Virus record (IMG/VR): IMGVR_UViG_3300021181_000006
Location: 120,467-184,466 of that record
DNA length: 64,000 nt
Origin: a virus
Strand: one strand, 5' to 3'
Part shown: positions 28,596 through 38,355 of the stretch, piece after piece
How positions within the stretch are numbered: the first letter of the stretch is position 1
Layout of the letters: each line of letters starts with the position of its first letter
Notes under the pieces: model-generated
What the model was told of the DNA's origin: nothing
The model's input: the letters and a program-made list of their open reading frames with translations, nothing else
The model's database searches: none
Made by a program: the position numbers and the translations under genes

Positions 28596-29479
28596 TATGA
28601 TCTACCTAGATTTGCGGATGAGACGTATTTCTCATCCTTCCCTGCTATCAGTTTATGATAGAGATCAGAATTTTCAGTAACAGCATCTAGCGTCAGAGTC
28701 TTAAAGGTAACAAATGCATTTTCAGCAGAGTTATTCAGCTTATCAATGGCTTTATCTATACGTTCTTCTAAGTTGAATTGATCACCTGTATAAAAAGGTA
28801 CGAGATCCTGCCAGAGCTTACGAGCTAAGTTTGATGAGCCATCAGTATCTTTAGCAAAAAGCATAGAGATATCGAGTGTCAACTTGTAGTTATGAGCTAA
28901 TGATGTCTCGATAGAGATGAGCGACTCTGTCAGTTGCGATATGACTTTAGCCCGAATCTTATTAGGCGTCTTGCTATAGTGATTCTCAGTGAGACTCTTC
29001 GTTACAATATTAATAATGGCTGAGTGAAACACGTACTTAATCTTATCCTCTAAGATTACTAATGATTGATCCGTGCTAATAAATCCACGTTGTTCAGCGG
29101 CTAATATGAGAAGACGATTACCGATAGTATTTCCCATATTATTCACTGAGCTAGTAATCTGCTTAGTCTGCTCAGTAATAGCATTCTTGAGATTTTCACT
29201 ATCTTCATGGATAGCTTCAGTGTGTTCAGAAATGACCATAGACTGCTGATGAAGCATCTCCTTCATACCAGTCATAGCGTCCACAAACTTGGCAGTACGT
29301 TCATTCTTAGAGGCGAGTTCTTTTTCCTTGAACTCAAGCTCTTTTACTTTGAGCCTATTTTTCTCTTTCAGAGTGCGAGCCTGCCAAATAAAGTATGCTA
29401 AAATACCTAAAAATAATAATACTACTGAGTACCACTTGAAGCTTACTAACGCATGCAAAATATCAGCGATATATTCCAT
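28595..29479 (-). CDS. single-pass membrane protein with coiled coil (holin candidate)
   Basis: N-terminal TM YSVVLLFLGILAYFIW, then KEKELAS coiled coil and soluble domain. Confidence 0.45.
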   Translation of the reverse strand: MEYIADILHALVSFKWYSVVLLFLGILAYFIWQARTLKEKNRLKVKELEFKEKELASKNERTAKFVDAMTGMKEMLHQQSMVISEHTEAIHEDSENLKNAITEQTKQITSSVNNMGNTIGNRLLILAAEQRGFISTDQSLVILEDKIKYVFHSAIINIVTKSLTENHYSKTPNKIRAKVISQLTESLISIETSLAHNYKLTLDISMLFAKDTDGSSNLARKLWQDLVPFYTGDQFNLEERIDKAIDKLNNSAENAFVTFKTLTLDAVTENSDLYHKLIAGKDEKYVSSANLGRS

Positions 29480-29532
29480 TTAAGATACTCTCCAACTGAT
29501 ACCCAGTATACCGAATAAACAAACACGAACCA

Positions 29533-29985
29533 TTACTTCTTCGTAGGTAAGGCTGCCTCTAAAGCATCGATAATACGAGAGTATAGAATGGATTCCTGTT
29601 GAGTCAGTTCAGTCTGACATTCATCATCGAGCATGATTTCGAGAACAGCCTGTAATGATTGGCTCTTGGCAGCATCTGCAGAAGCGTCAATAATGACAGT
29701 GACTTCTTTTTGTAAATCTGCAAATGCGCTATTAAATCCGTCTTGATCTTTAAATACAAATGAATTACCTTTAGTCTTTCGCGCACCCTGATCATCAAAC
29801 TCCACAAACTTATCTACCAGCTGCAGACGAGCCTTCTCGAAATCACTCATCTGTTCACTGAGATATCGCAATACACGACTCTTTTGTACGTTTCTTCCAC
29901 CACCTTTGACGACAGTCTTCAGGAGGATATCGTAAAAAGTTTTAGCTACAGCAAAAGTAACTGAAAAAATACCAGCATCGGTCAT
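29533..29985 (-). CDS. hypothetical phage protein
   Basis: 150-aa ORF with AAGGAA SD. Confidence 0.65.
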   Translation of the reverse strand: MTDAGIFSVTFAVAKTFYDILLKTVVKGGGRNVQKSRVLRYLSEQMSDFEKARLQLVDKFVEFDDQGARKTKGNSFVFKDQDGFNSAFADLQKEVTVIIDASADAAKSQSLQAVLEIMLDDECQTELTQQESILYSRIIDALEAALPTKK

Positions 29986-30043
29986 AGAGTTTCCTTCTAA
30001 GGTTTGAATGATAGAATATCACCCAAACCTTAGAGTCAAGTCT

Positions 30044-30316
30044 TTACCAGAGTGCAATTAAGAGCGTTGCTGTAGTATTTGTGCTATAAACTTGCTGTGC
30101 ACGAACATACAGCACAGTTCCAACTGGTACTGCAGTAAATAATACAGGAGCCTTATCATTAACGAGCTGCATACTGATATTACCAGCGCCACCTACATAG
30201 ATAGCACGAGTGACAAATGGCAGTGCTACTGTATCACTTTTGGTGATAAGAGCACTATTGCCAGCTGGTGAATTGAGTTGAGGCTGCTGAGAAGAGAAGA
30301 TATCAGTCATAATCAT
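30044..30316 (-). CDS. head spike base protein (RcGTA Rcc01079-like)
   Basis: SDTVALPFVTRAIYVGGAGNISM...LFTAVPVGTVLYVRAQQVYSTNTTATLLIALW. Confidence 0.85.
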   Translation of the reverse strand: MIMTDIFSSQQPQLNSPAGNSALITKSDTVALPFVTRAIYVGGAGNISMQLVNDKAPVLFTAVPVGTVLYVRAQQVYSTNTTATLLIALW

Positions 30317-30319
30317 TCC

Positions 30320-31216
30320 TTAGGTAGGGACACCGTATGAGATAACGATACTACCGCTACCTTGTGTGGATCCATCAGATGTGAGATAAGCAAAGACAAG
30401 AGTTTGTGCTGATACATTTGCATCAAGATTCGTAATATAATTACCTGCAACTTTAAGATTCGCTGCTCCAGTACCTAAGAATGCAGCAGTATCAGATACA
30501 TCGCCGATGCTTAAGGTTGGAGCCGATCCATTTAATGGTGTAGTCACGAGTACACGAATCTCAAAGATCAGGTTACCACCGGCTACAATGAGAATAGGGC
30601 GAGACGATGGATCTGAGTAAGAAAATGGAATAATAAACTGTTGTACTGGATCCTGTGGATTACCACCGTCTCCACCAATACCACCTATAGATGGAACATC
30701 TGCGATAGTATCTTCTTCTGGAGCAGGCGCAGTAATAGGTAAATCAGAGTTAAAGATACCCCAGCCGGAGTCATAATCGTATTCTGATCCAACGCCGCCA
30801 TAAGAGTCTTGGATGTTAATAGAAACCTTTAAATCAGTTTTCTTACGCTCATAATCAGCATCTAAGTATTGGAGCCATTGCGAATATTCACCAATTTTAG
30901 CATGATCGTCAGCAGAAGTACCACCATCTTGGCTTGGTAAATGCTCACGTGAATGCCAGATACCGGCGCTCTTCAGCAACTCAATAGCTGCTTTTCTGAT
31001 TAATAGATGAGGAGCAGGATGCGTTTGAAGTAGTACAGAAGCAATCGGCGGATTACTAATATTCCAATCCCAGAGAGCATCCATAATCGCCTGGCGCACA
31101 GACTGATCATCGCTTTCATATTTACCACCAAGTAGCTTATTCAGCTCCTTCGTATCACGAATATAGAGTCTCGTTCTACGGACAGCTATTTCCATGATCT
31201 TTGGGTTATTTTGCAT
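30320..31216 (-). CDS. head-tail adaptor/neck protein with C-terminal beta-sandwich
   Basis: helical N-terminus RLYIRD..ELNKLL...WDWN..PP; position downstream of capsid. Confidence 0.55.
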   Translation of the reverse strand: MQNNPKIMEIAVRRTRLYIRDTKELNKLLGGKYESDDQSVRQAIMDALWDWNISNPPIASVLLQTHPAPHLLIRKAAIELLKSAGIWHSREHLPSQDGGTSADDHAKIGEYSQWLQYLDADYERKKTDLKVSINIQDSYGGVGSEYDYDSGWGIFNSDLPITAPAPEEDTIADVPSIGGIGGDGGNPQDPVQQFIIPFSYSDPSSRPILIVAGGNLIFEIRVLVTTPLNGSAPTLSIGDVSDTAAFLGTGAANLKVAGNYITNLDANVSAQTLVFAYLTSDGSTQGSGSIVISYGVPT

Positions 31217-31250
31217 GAGCGATTTCCCTGCTACATTCTAGCACAAAGCT

Positions 31251-31310
31251 GAGCTAAAAAAAGACCCTTGTAGACTACCCGTCTCTTGGACGGACCTACA
31301 AGGGCATCAA
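31251..31310 (-). terminator. long stem-loop terminator after the capsid operon
   Basis: CCCTTGTAG...CCGTC-TCTTG-GACGG...CTACAAGGG; minus strand continues TCTTTTTTTAGCTC. Confidence 0.7.
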
Positions 31311-31333
31311 TCTAAAACCAATTATCAATGAAA

Positions 31334-31855
31334 TCAAACAGTAACGGTTGATTCCGTTGTCTTCGTCGCAGGTGGTGCTGCAGGAGCAGTAACTTTTGGA
31401 GTCTTTGGAGTCTTTGGAGTCTTCACTTCAGGAGTTGGCTTCTCTACAAGAGTAGCCGCATCAACATGATGATGCTCAGGAGCATGCGCTACAGGATGCT
31501 TCTCAGCATCAGTGACAGTCGTAGCAACAACATCCTTAACTTCTGGTGCTGGTGTTGGTTTAGGCGCAGGAACCGTAGAGGGTGCTGACTTAGGCTTTGT
31601 TACATCACCAAGTAGTACTGACTGATTCTGAACAATAATTTTATCGACCAAAGGAGGCTTCACAAAGGTAGGGGTACGGAGTGCTGGATTAGAGTTATTA
31701 TCAACTGTAAAAATATCTGGCTTACCATTAAAATAGGTTAAAAGCTTCGCAAGATCCTTACCAATAGCATGATAAGATTTTACGGCATTAGGACTGAATT
31801 GACCGAAAGGTGACGAAAAGGAACTATTAGTCTTGTTTGTTACGATTAATGTCAT
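31334..31855 (-). CDS. hypothetical late protein with P/A/K/T-rich tail (start reassigned to 31855)
   Basis: GGAG SD before MTLIVTNKT; low-complexity C-terminus. Confidence 0.6.
   Translation of the reverse strand: MTLIVTNKTNSSFSSPFGQFSPNAVKSYHAIGKDLAKLLTYFNGKPDIFTVDNNSNPALRTPTFVKPPLVDKIIVQNQSVLLGDVTKPKSAPSTVPAPKPTPAPEVKDVVATTVTDAEKHPVAHAPEHHHVDAATLVEKPTPEVKTPKTPKTPKVTAPAAPPATKTTESTVTV
31395..31423. repeat. 9-bp tandem repeat x3 encoding KTP repeats
   Basis: TTTGGAGTC x3. Confidence 0.8.
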
Positions 31856-31954
31856 TATATTCTCCGAAGAGTAGTTTATATAGTTATGGTCAGAGTCAAT
31901 GGAAAAGCCCAGGAATTTCTTCCTGGGCTTCCCTCCGACTACCAAAAGGACTTA

Positions 31955-33112
31955 TTAGGTCCCAAGGGTAACGGCTGCGGCAGCGTTCAGATTGCCGATT
32001 CCGATTGCAATATCTTCCCATGCACGCCATGAGATGATATTGAAGTCCTTCTTGATCACAAACTTCGTCTGATTCAGGATGTAGAACTGTCCCAGGAAGC
32101 GAGGAGCGGTGAAGGCGTACACAACCTTCAGGCTTGCTGCTGTGACAGTGAACGTCTCTGCGAGAGATGAGTTTGAGATGGCTTCATTTACCACGATGGA
32201 GTTGGCACCAACCGACGCAACCGTCACAGTCAGTCCGTTATTCTCATGTCCACCTGAGATCACAATCGAGTCACCGCGACCAATTGGCACCAGGTTTGCA
32301 CCTGAGAAGCTAAAGGTCTTGGTGCTGGCTACTGCGCCAGTGGTTGTGAGCGTGGTGACTGTTCCGCCTGGAACGTATGCAGCATTCTTGAAGAACATCG
32401 AGGTCTTAATCGAGGTGATAACCTTGCGACCCAGGAAGGTAGCGTAGGTGTATCCGTCGATAGTGACCTTCTCGATCAGATCGTCACCGAGGACGGTATG
32501 ATCGAATTCCAGGATATCATTCCAGGTTGTGGTTGACATCAGGAATGTCTCAGCCTTGAGGCGCTGATTCTCAATCAGATTGATAAGGACCTTCAGGGCG
32601 CCCTTGCTCAGATCTGGAGTGCTTCCGATGTAGTTAACCCACATATCGTTGCTCAGAATACCTGCATCGACGTTGGCCAGGAAGCCTGCGTCTTCGATAC
32701 CCTGAATATCCTTGACCGAGTTCTCTTCAATCACCTTGGTGATAGGATAGTCGTAGGCCAGGAGTTCGGTCTCATCCTTCGAGAAGTCCTCGGAGGCGAT
32801 ACGATAGAAAGGCACTGCGTATCTCTTGCCCACAACGTAACGACCATCGGGCTCGCCTTGGAAGTTCATTGCCATAGCCTTCGAATCAGGCTCGATGTCA
32901 ACGATCTTGACGAAACCGTCATTGGTCACGCTGCGTGTAACGTCAGAACGAGTGACATTCACTGGAGGAAGGATCTGACGAGCAAACGATGTCTCGCGCA
33001 GGATCTTTTGGATGTAGGCGCCGCCTACTTCGGCCAACTTCTCCAGACCTTCGTTGTTGCTAAGAGCATCAACGAATAATCCGTTTAAGATGGAGGCATT
33101 ATTATCACTCAT
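31955..33112 (-). CDS. major capsid protein (HK97 fold) with an inserted beta-domain
   Basis: SFARQILPP, P-loop-like PFYRIASEDFSKDETELLAYDY, C-terminal WEDIAIGIGN; C/G-ending codon bias; position. Confidence 0.88.
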   Translation of the reverse strand: MSDNNASILNGLFVDALSNNEGLEKLAEVGGAYIQKILRETSFARQILPPVNVTRSDVTRSVTNDGFVKIVDIEPDSKAMAMNFQGEPDGRYVVGKRYAVPFYRIASEDFSKDETELLAYDYPITKVIEENSVKDIQGIEDAGFLANVDAGILSNDMWVNYIGSTPDLSKGALKVLINLIENQRLKAETFLMSTTTWNDILEFDHTVLGDDLIEKVTIDGYTYATFLGRKVITSIKTSMFFKNAAYVPGGTVTTLTTTGAVASTKTFSFSGANLVPIGRGDSIVISGGHENNGLTVTVASVGANSIVVNEAISNSSLAETFTVTAASLKVVYAFTAPRFLGQFYILNQTKFVIKKDFNIISWRAWEDIAIGIGNLNAAAAVTLGT

Positions 33113-33154
33113 TTGATGTTATCCTTGTTTAAGTTTTTGTAGGTAGGTTAGTTA

Positions 33155-33568
33155 TTACTGTAAGGTACGGAACTGAAGGCGTCCAGCAACAAACTGCTCA
33201 CAGATAGCGACATTGATATCACTACCGGAAGCAACGCGAAGACGGAAGCCAACTTGGCCAGCTGCGGCTGAGTCTACTGCGAGGTAATTACCTACTACAG
33301 GAGTTCCAACGTAGCCTTCGGTTCCAACGGCGAAACGATTCTGTCCGTACTGAACGGTGATAGTCTCTGAACCAACGCTATCAGGACGAGCATTCTCATT
33401 ACCGAGAACGATGAGCTGAACGGGGCCTACGCCACCAGCAGAAGGGGCAATCGCGTTGCCATTAGCATCGCGTGAAACCCAGGTTCCAGATTGTGCGATT
33501 GAGGTGCCAGAATATCCAAGGACATTGCGGCGGATCTCGTCATAACGTGTTAATACTTCTAAAGCCAT
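33155..33568 (-). CDS. capsid decoration/cement protein
   Basis: 137-aa beta-rich ORF directly upstream of capsid gene. Confidence 0.55.
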   Translation of the reverse strand: MALEVLTRYDEIRRNVLGYSGTSIAQSGTWVSRDANGNAIAPSAGGVGPVQLIVLGNENARPDSVGSETITVQYGQNRFAVGTEGYVGTPVVGNYLAVDSAAAGQVGFRLRVASGSDINVAICEQFVAGRLQFRTLQ

Positions 33569-33572
33569 GTGA

Positions 33573-34448
33573 TTAAACTCCTCTACTGAGTAGATATTCT
33601 TCTATTAGGTTTGTGGATTCGACTGATGCAGTCTTGATTGTTCCAAAAGATGTGTAAGTAGCTGGTTCCAAGAGAGATTGACCACGTTCAGGGCTTGTTT
33701 TAAGTTCGGCTATCTTTTCGTCTAATTGGTCGATATCGATGATACCTTCCTTTAAGAGTTGGATGGCTAAGTCTTGTGCGTGTGCGGTCTTTTCCTGGTC
33801 TTCTAACTTGATTTGAAGTGCTATCTTATCTTGTTCTAGATTACGGATGAAGCTTGCGGTTTTCAAGAGGACATTTTTATCAACAGCCACTTTAGTCTGC
33901 TGCTTATCATGTTCCGTCATTTTCTTATCTCCCGCTAAAGCTTGCGCCCCTTGATTTAATGCTACTGTAGCAGCAATGGGCACCACAATCTTACCAGCCT
34001 TGCGGATGGGTTCAGTAGCTCTATGAGTATCGTGTCCTTTAGTTGCGAATTCAACCCTGTGTTTATCTTCTTCAGTTAAAGGATGGTTATTCTTGATTTT
34101 ATCAAGAACTTTATCATCTACAGCGTGTGCATGCTGTTCGTTTACTTTAAAAGCTTTCCCAACTCCTGGGACCTTACCAAGATGCTTACCAAGATATTCA
34201 TCGGCTTTATCGATATGCTTGCCAACGTGGTTGTATACAGCCCCGCGAACTGTATCAGAGACTACTTTTTTATTCTCTGCATACGTTCTCGCATCTTTCT
34301 TACCAGTAGCTTTATGAAAAATCTTCCTAGCTCCAGCAGCTAAACGACTACCTACACCAATAGCTGCATCAGCAACTAAAGATCCAGTGCCAGCATCTAC
34401 TGACTGCGCTCTACGGAGCTTATGAAGAAGTTCAATCTTAGACGACAT
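33573..34448 (-). CDS. KxA-motif internal head/scaffold-like protein
   Basis: basic N-half, hydrophobic helix, acidic coiled coil with KTAS/KIAL/KTAH/KIAE/KTAS. Confidence 0.65.
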   Translation of the reverse strand: MSSKIELLHKLRRAQSVDAGTGSLVADAAIGVGSRLAAGARKIFHKATGKKDARTYAENKKVVSDTVRGAVYNHVGKHIDKADEYLGKHLGKVPGVGKAFKVNEQHAHAVDDKVLDKIKNNHPLTEEDKHRVEFATKGHDTHRATEPIRKAGKIVVPIAATVALNQGAQALAGDKKMTEHDKQQTKVAVDKNVLLKTASFIRNLEQDKIALQIKLEDQEKTAHAQDLAIQLLKEGIIDIDQLDEKIAELKTSPERGQSLLEPATYTSFGTIKTASVESTNLIEEYLLSRGV

Positions 34449-34695
34449 GAGTAATAGCGTCCAGTAATGCCTTCATTTCGGCAATCTTGGCTTGTTTGCT
34501 ATCACCAGCGGATTTGAACTGCTCCGCTTCTTTATCAGCATTACCATTGAAGGCCAATGCTTCTAATAAAGATGCGATCTTACCTGATTCAGTCTCTTCT
34601 TTTACTGGAGTAGCTACAGTAGCTACCTTTTCCATATCAAGCTTGTGAGACTGCTTCAGAATGGACTCTACGATATCATCGGGAGTTAATTGCAT
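34438..34695 (-). CDS. small KxA-motif head protein
   Basis: MEKVAT, SGKIAS, QAKIAE. Confidence 0.6.
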   Translation of the reverse strand: MQLTPDDIVESILKQSHKLDMEKVATVATPVKEETESGKIASLLEALAFNGNADKEAEQFKSAGDSKQAKIAEMKALLDAITHVV

Positions 34696-34744
34696 GGGAA
34701 CCTCTATCAGATTTTAATCTGTCTATGAGTTATTACAAGGTCAA

Positions 34745-34777
34745 GAAAAAAGGGATGTACATAGCGTACATCCCTTT
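34745..34777 (-). terminator. intrinsic terminator
   Basis: AAAGGGATGTAC-ATAGC-GTACATCCCTTT, with T-run on the minus strand. Confidence 0.75.
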
Positions 34778-34803
34778 CGGACAGTCAGGTCCCTGTAAGA
34801 AGA

Positions 34804-35292
34804 TTACTTCTTATTTTTCTTCATCTTGTATGCTGCGAGTCCACCGACTACTGCTCCAGCACCAGCGGCTGCAGCTGCGGTTGACTTAGGATGAGTCTTA
34901 GCAAATTCCTTAGCCTTCTCAGCCCCAGAACGTGCATGAGCCATACCAGCCGAAGCGCCCTTTGAGGCCTTAGCTTTAGCAGCCATTGCCATCTCTCTGA
35001 CTCTCTTCAGTCCAGCGCCAGTCTTTTCCTTAAGTCCAGCCTGCTTCTCCACGGCTTCCTCATAACCTTCAACGATCATGAGAGCAGCAGCAATCTTCTC
35101 GTCTTCTGAATCAAATGCGATCTCATCGGCATCGAATTGGTCAGCGACAGCAGAGATGGCCTCAGCCTTTTCATCAGAGATCTCGACTTCAGCCTCTGAA
35201 GTAGTCTCTTCAGCTTCTGCAGTCTTCTCGGTTAATCCGGCAGTCTTGACTACTTCAGCGTAGTAAGAAGCTAAATTGAGTTCTTCAGTCAT
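34804..35292 (-). CDS. KxA-motif protein: acidic pro-region plus basic glycine-zipper tail
   Basis: KTAG, KTAE, KIAA, KQAG; tail AAAAGAGAVVGGLAAYKMKKNKK. Confidence 0.7.
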   Translation of the reverse strand: MTEELNLASYYAEVVKTAGLTEKTAEAEETTSEAEVEISDEKAEAISAVADQFDADEIAFDSEDEKIAAALMIVEGYEEAVEKQAGLKEKTGAGLKRVREMAMAAKAKASKGASAGMAHARSGAEKAKEFAKTHPKSTAAAAAGAGAVVGGLAAYKMKKNKK

Positions 35293-35321
35293 TTTAGTAG
35301 TTCCTTGTATAAGTTGTTAAA

Positions 35322-35957
35322 TTAGCCGTTAGTAGGAAGGTCGGTCTTATTAGTACGGACTTTCTTAAGAGCATTGGCAACAGCTGACATGCCCTTCAGC
35401 TCAGTAGTAGCAGGTCCACCCGCATGGGTAGCATTGAGCGCTACATCGCGCTTACCAGCACCTGAGTTGTTCTTAGCCTCAGTATAAGCTGCATCCTGAG
35501 CGTCAGCGATCTTCTCGCCCATCAGCTCATCAAGAGTCATACCAAGAGCGGCGGCAGTCTTCTCGACAGCAGCTTCATCGATCTGATCAGCCAGATAAGC
35601 GATCTTGGTCTGCTCGGCCACGAGGCCACGTGCAAACAGACGACCTTGGAATTCGAGTTCCTCAGCGAGCTTCTCAGCCTCTGCGGTCTTCTCTTCCTGC
35701 TCACTCATATCCATCAGAGCCTTGAGGGCTTCTGGATTAGCGGTAAGAGCCTCGGCAACCTTCATCGCCTCAGGCGAGAACTTAGGAGCTTCGGATGTCT
35801 TAGCTGCAGCTTCAGCGGCAGTCTTCTCAGCTTCGGCTTTCTTATCAGCCTCTGCTTTAGCGGCAACAGCGACAGCTGTGGCAGCAGTCTTCTCTGACTC
35901 GGCAGGTGTAGTACCAGCAGCGAGCTGAGCGAGAACTTGTTCGATAGTCATGGTCAT
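35322..35957 (-). CDS. scaffold-like protein with 8 KxA motifs
   Basis: A/E/K-rich helix; EKTA x4, KVA, KLA, KIA x2. Confidence 0.75.
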   Translation of the reverse strand: MTMTIEQVLAQLAAGTTPAESEKTAATAVAVAAKAEADKKAEAEKTAAEAAAKTSEAPKFSPEAMKVAEALTANPEALKALMDMSEQEEKTAEAEKLAEELEFQGRLFARGLVAEQTKIAYLADQIDEAAVEKTAAALGMTLDELMGEKIADAQDAAYTEAKNNSGAGKRDVALNATHAGGPATTELKGMSAVANALKKVRTNKTDLPTNG

Positions 35958-37762
35958 TTGTTTTCTCCGTGTTTATTAGAGTTAATTTTTTTTAGGGCTT
36001 TATTGATGGCCCACGAGTCGAGAGCGCCACCAACGATTGAATGAGGAATGCTGCCTGATAGCGATGTCATAGGTCCAATAACAAAGTTATTTATCAAATC
36101 CATCTTACCAAGCTCGGCAGTTTTTTTCAAGCCCAAGACTGCGGCATTCGCTGCTAACGCCAAAGCACCAGGGTGATCCTTGATCACCTTCTCGATTCCA
36201 TTGAGATCACGATGTTTTTCTCGCTCAGTAGCGTAACCGTGTCCAATATAGGGAATAGCAGTTGCTAATAGCATCTTATTTACCATAGACGCATTCGCAT
36301 GTTTTTCAAATGCTGATTGTGCTACTGATGCCATAGCCGTACCGCCTGCAATCGCTGCAGGCAGTGCAATAGGATTTTTATCGATCAGCTTAAAGAATTG
36401 ATCGATAGTTCCATTGCGAATCGAGGTGCGATACTTAGCATACAAGATCGCTAAGAGAGCGCCTAAGGTAATGCCAGCAGGCAACATCTTATTAAATTTT
36501 TCATACGAAGAAGCTGCCAGAGATTTCTTGGCCTTAGCCTGTAACTCATCTGATGGTAAGGCAGCAAGCTTCTCCATACGATTAATGGCGTACAATCCAT
36601 AGTAAGCGCGCTTCTCAGCATATTTACGTAAATCACGTGAAATATCCATATCAATAGAAGCATCCCAGTTAATATCTGAGGCTTCCTTATGGAAATCAGG
36701 TGAACGACCCATACGTAATATAATGAGCTTACCCATTTCATGGGGCTTAGCGAGAATACCAGATGCTAAAAGATTACTGAGTGCGTTATGTAGAGGTAAA
36801 TTACCAAGATTATCAAGAGTACTATCTGACAGATCATCCTCAAAGCATTCCATCTCTGGACACCCAATAGAATCAGATACTTCTCCGATGGATTTACCAC
36901 CGGGTATGACTTTCTTGATCTCCGACTTCTTAGCAAGATCTGCTTCTTTCTCATTATCAATCATGCCATATTCTGCGGCTTTTTCAGCAGAAAACAAGGC
37001 TATAACTGAAGCGACTTTCTGGATGCTCCAGCCAAGAGGATCGGCAGGAATAGTTACCTTTGAGATATCGAAGAAACGAGGCTTTTTATTGATAGCATAG
37101 ACGCGTCTTCCATCAGGAAGAATCTTACCCATCATATTCTTGAGATAGAATCCGTACTCGTTTACAGTTTTATTGAACTTGCCAGTAATCGAGCAGTAGT
37201 CGCCAGGAACCTTACATCCCATGCTAAAAGCAATAGGAAGTCCTTTTTCAGCACGCATACAGGTATCTGGATCTCCCAGATACTGGATACCATTGATGGT
37301 CTCATTAGTGCGATAGACCTCAATAATGAGTTCTACACGATGCATAATGAAGTTATATTCAGCTATAATTACTTTACCGAAACGAGGATGACCTTGATCA
37401 GGCTTATTCTTATGATGATGATAGAATGAAGCGTATAAGAATGTCTTATAACGCTGCATAGCAGGTACACCACCAGGATTCTTAGCGGCCTCTTCCTGAT
37501 CCTGCATTCCTAAGAGATCTTGCTCTGAGAAATAATCTCCATTACGGTTGGGACCATAATAGTCACCAGCCGTCATAGCGATCATATGCAGATATACACA
37601 ATTCTTATTGAGCTTCGCTGTCTTAGCAAAGTTCAGAATCGATTCAGGTACATACTTTCCTAAACAAGCAGCGACCTTTTCATTGCTATCTTGGCTCGTT
37701 AACTGCCGAATAGCAACTTCACCTTCCGGGGTAAATGACTCAATATCTATGACTTTAAACAT
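35954..37762 (-). CDS. prohead (maturation) protease, HK97/assemblin (clan SH) fold, with KxA-rich C-terminal extension
   Basis: NRNGDYF, FYHHHKNK (His), FSMGC (Ser), FFDISKVTIPADP; upstream of scaffold and capsid genes. Confidence 0.8.
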   Translation of the reverse strand: MFKVIDIESFTPEGEVAIRQLTSQDSNEKVAACLGKYVPESILNFAKTAKLNKNCVYLHMIAMTAGDYYGPNRNGDYFSEQDLLGMQDQEEAAKNPGGVPAMQRYKTFLYASFYHHHKNKPDQGHPRFGKVIIAEYNFIMHRVELIIEVYRTNETINGIQYLGDPDTCMRAEKGLPIAFSMGCKVPGDYCSITGKFNKTVNEYGFYLKNMMGKILPDGRRVYAINKKPRFFDISKVTIPADPLGWSIQKVASVIALFSAEKAAEYGMIDNEKEADLAKKSEIKKVIPGGKSIGEVSDSIGCPEMECFEDDLSDSTLDNLGNLPLHNALSNLLASGILAKPHEMGKLIILRMGRSPDFHKEASDINWDASIDMDISRDLRKYAEKRAYYGLYAINRMEKLAALPSDELQAKAKKSLAASSYEKFNKMLPAGITLGALLAILYAKYRTSIRNGTIDQFFKLIDKNPIALPAAIAGGTAMASVAQSAFEKHANASMVNKMLLATAIPYIGHGYATEREKHRDLNGIEKVIKDHPGALALAANAAVLGLKKTAELGKMDLINNFVIGPMTSLSGSIPHSIVGGALDSWAINKALKKINSNKHGENK

Positions 37763-38102
37763 TATCGCCCTTTAAAGTCAGTTTCTTACCCTTACGCACC
37801 ATCTCATGACGGCGAGCCTCTTCACGATCCTGCACATCGCCATTGATCTCAACTCGATCTGGTTGATCTTGAAAATCCATACTACCGGCTTGTTTCATGG
37901 TTTCGTTGACTTGACCCTTAAGAAATCCTGGTTCTTTGACAGAACCTGGCTTCTTTTTCGGAACGAAAGCATGAGTTGGAACATCGATAGCATTAATCTT
38001 ATCATAATCTAAAGTCGTGTCATCTTTTTCGTCTCTGGTATAACCAGGAGCGCCATCTGCTAACTTCACGATAGCCTGCTCAATAAGTGACATTATCGAC
38101 AT
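37755..38102 (-). CDS. small KxA-motif head protein
   Basis: IVKLAD, MKQAG. Confidence 0.6.
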   Translation of the reverse strand: MSIMSLIEQAIVKLADGAPGYTRDEKDDTTLDYDKINAIDVPTHAFVPKKKPGSVKEPGFLKGQVNETMKQAGSMDFQDQPDRVEINGDVQDREEARRHEMVRKGKKLTLKGDNV

Positions 38103-38355
38103 ATTTAAATGATTGATCCGTATGGCCGATCTTAAGATAGTATGGGGAATGTATCTTATTCTTCAAGCGTACCAATACCGCTTCGTCACCAGAGACTGGT
38201 AATTTATGATCACCAGCACGTAACTTAATATCGCATTGTAATGCAATATTAACCATCTTTATGAGAACAGGATCATTGGATTCAATGTTACCATTGTAAT
38301 ATCCAACTACACGCTCTTCAGTACCTTTTCGCTTATAAAAGACGATCATGGACAA
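38080..38355 (-). CDS. hypothetical late protein
   Basis: 91-aa ORF tiling the operon. Confidence 0.55.
   Translation of the reverse strand: MSMIVFYKRKGTEERVVGYYNGNIESNDPVLIKMVNIALQCDIKLRAGDHKLPVSGDEAVLVRLKNKIHSPYYLKIGHTDQSFKYVDNVTY

Noticed and set aside
29533-29985. Tail assembly chaperone with programmed frameshift
   Set aside because: It is not between tube and tape-measure genes, and I found no slippery site leading into a second frame
24830-35928. Plus-strand ORFs such as 24830..25129, 32109..32447, 35078..35263 and 35605..35928
   Set aside because: Antisense shadows of sheath, capsid and scaffold genes with biased codons
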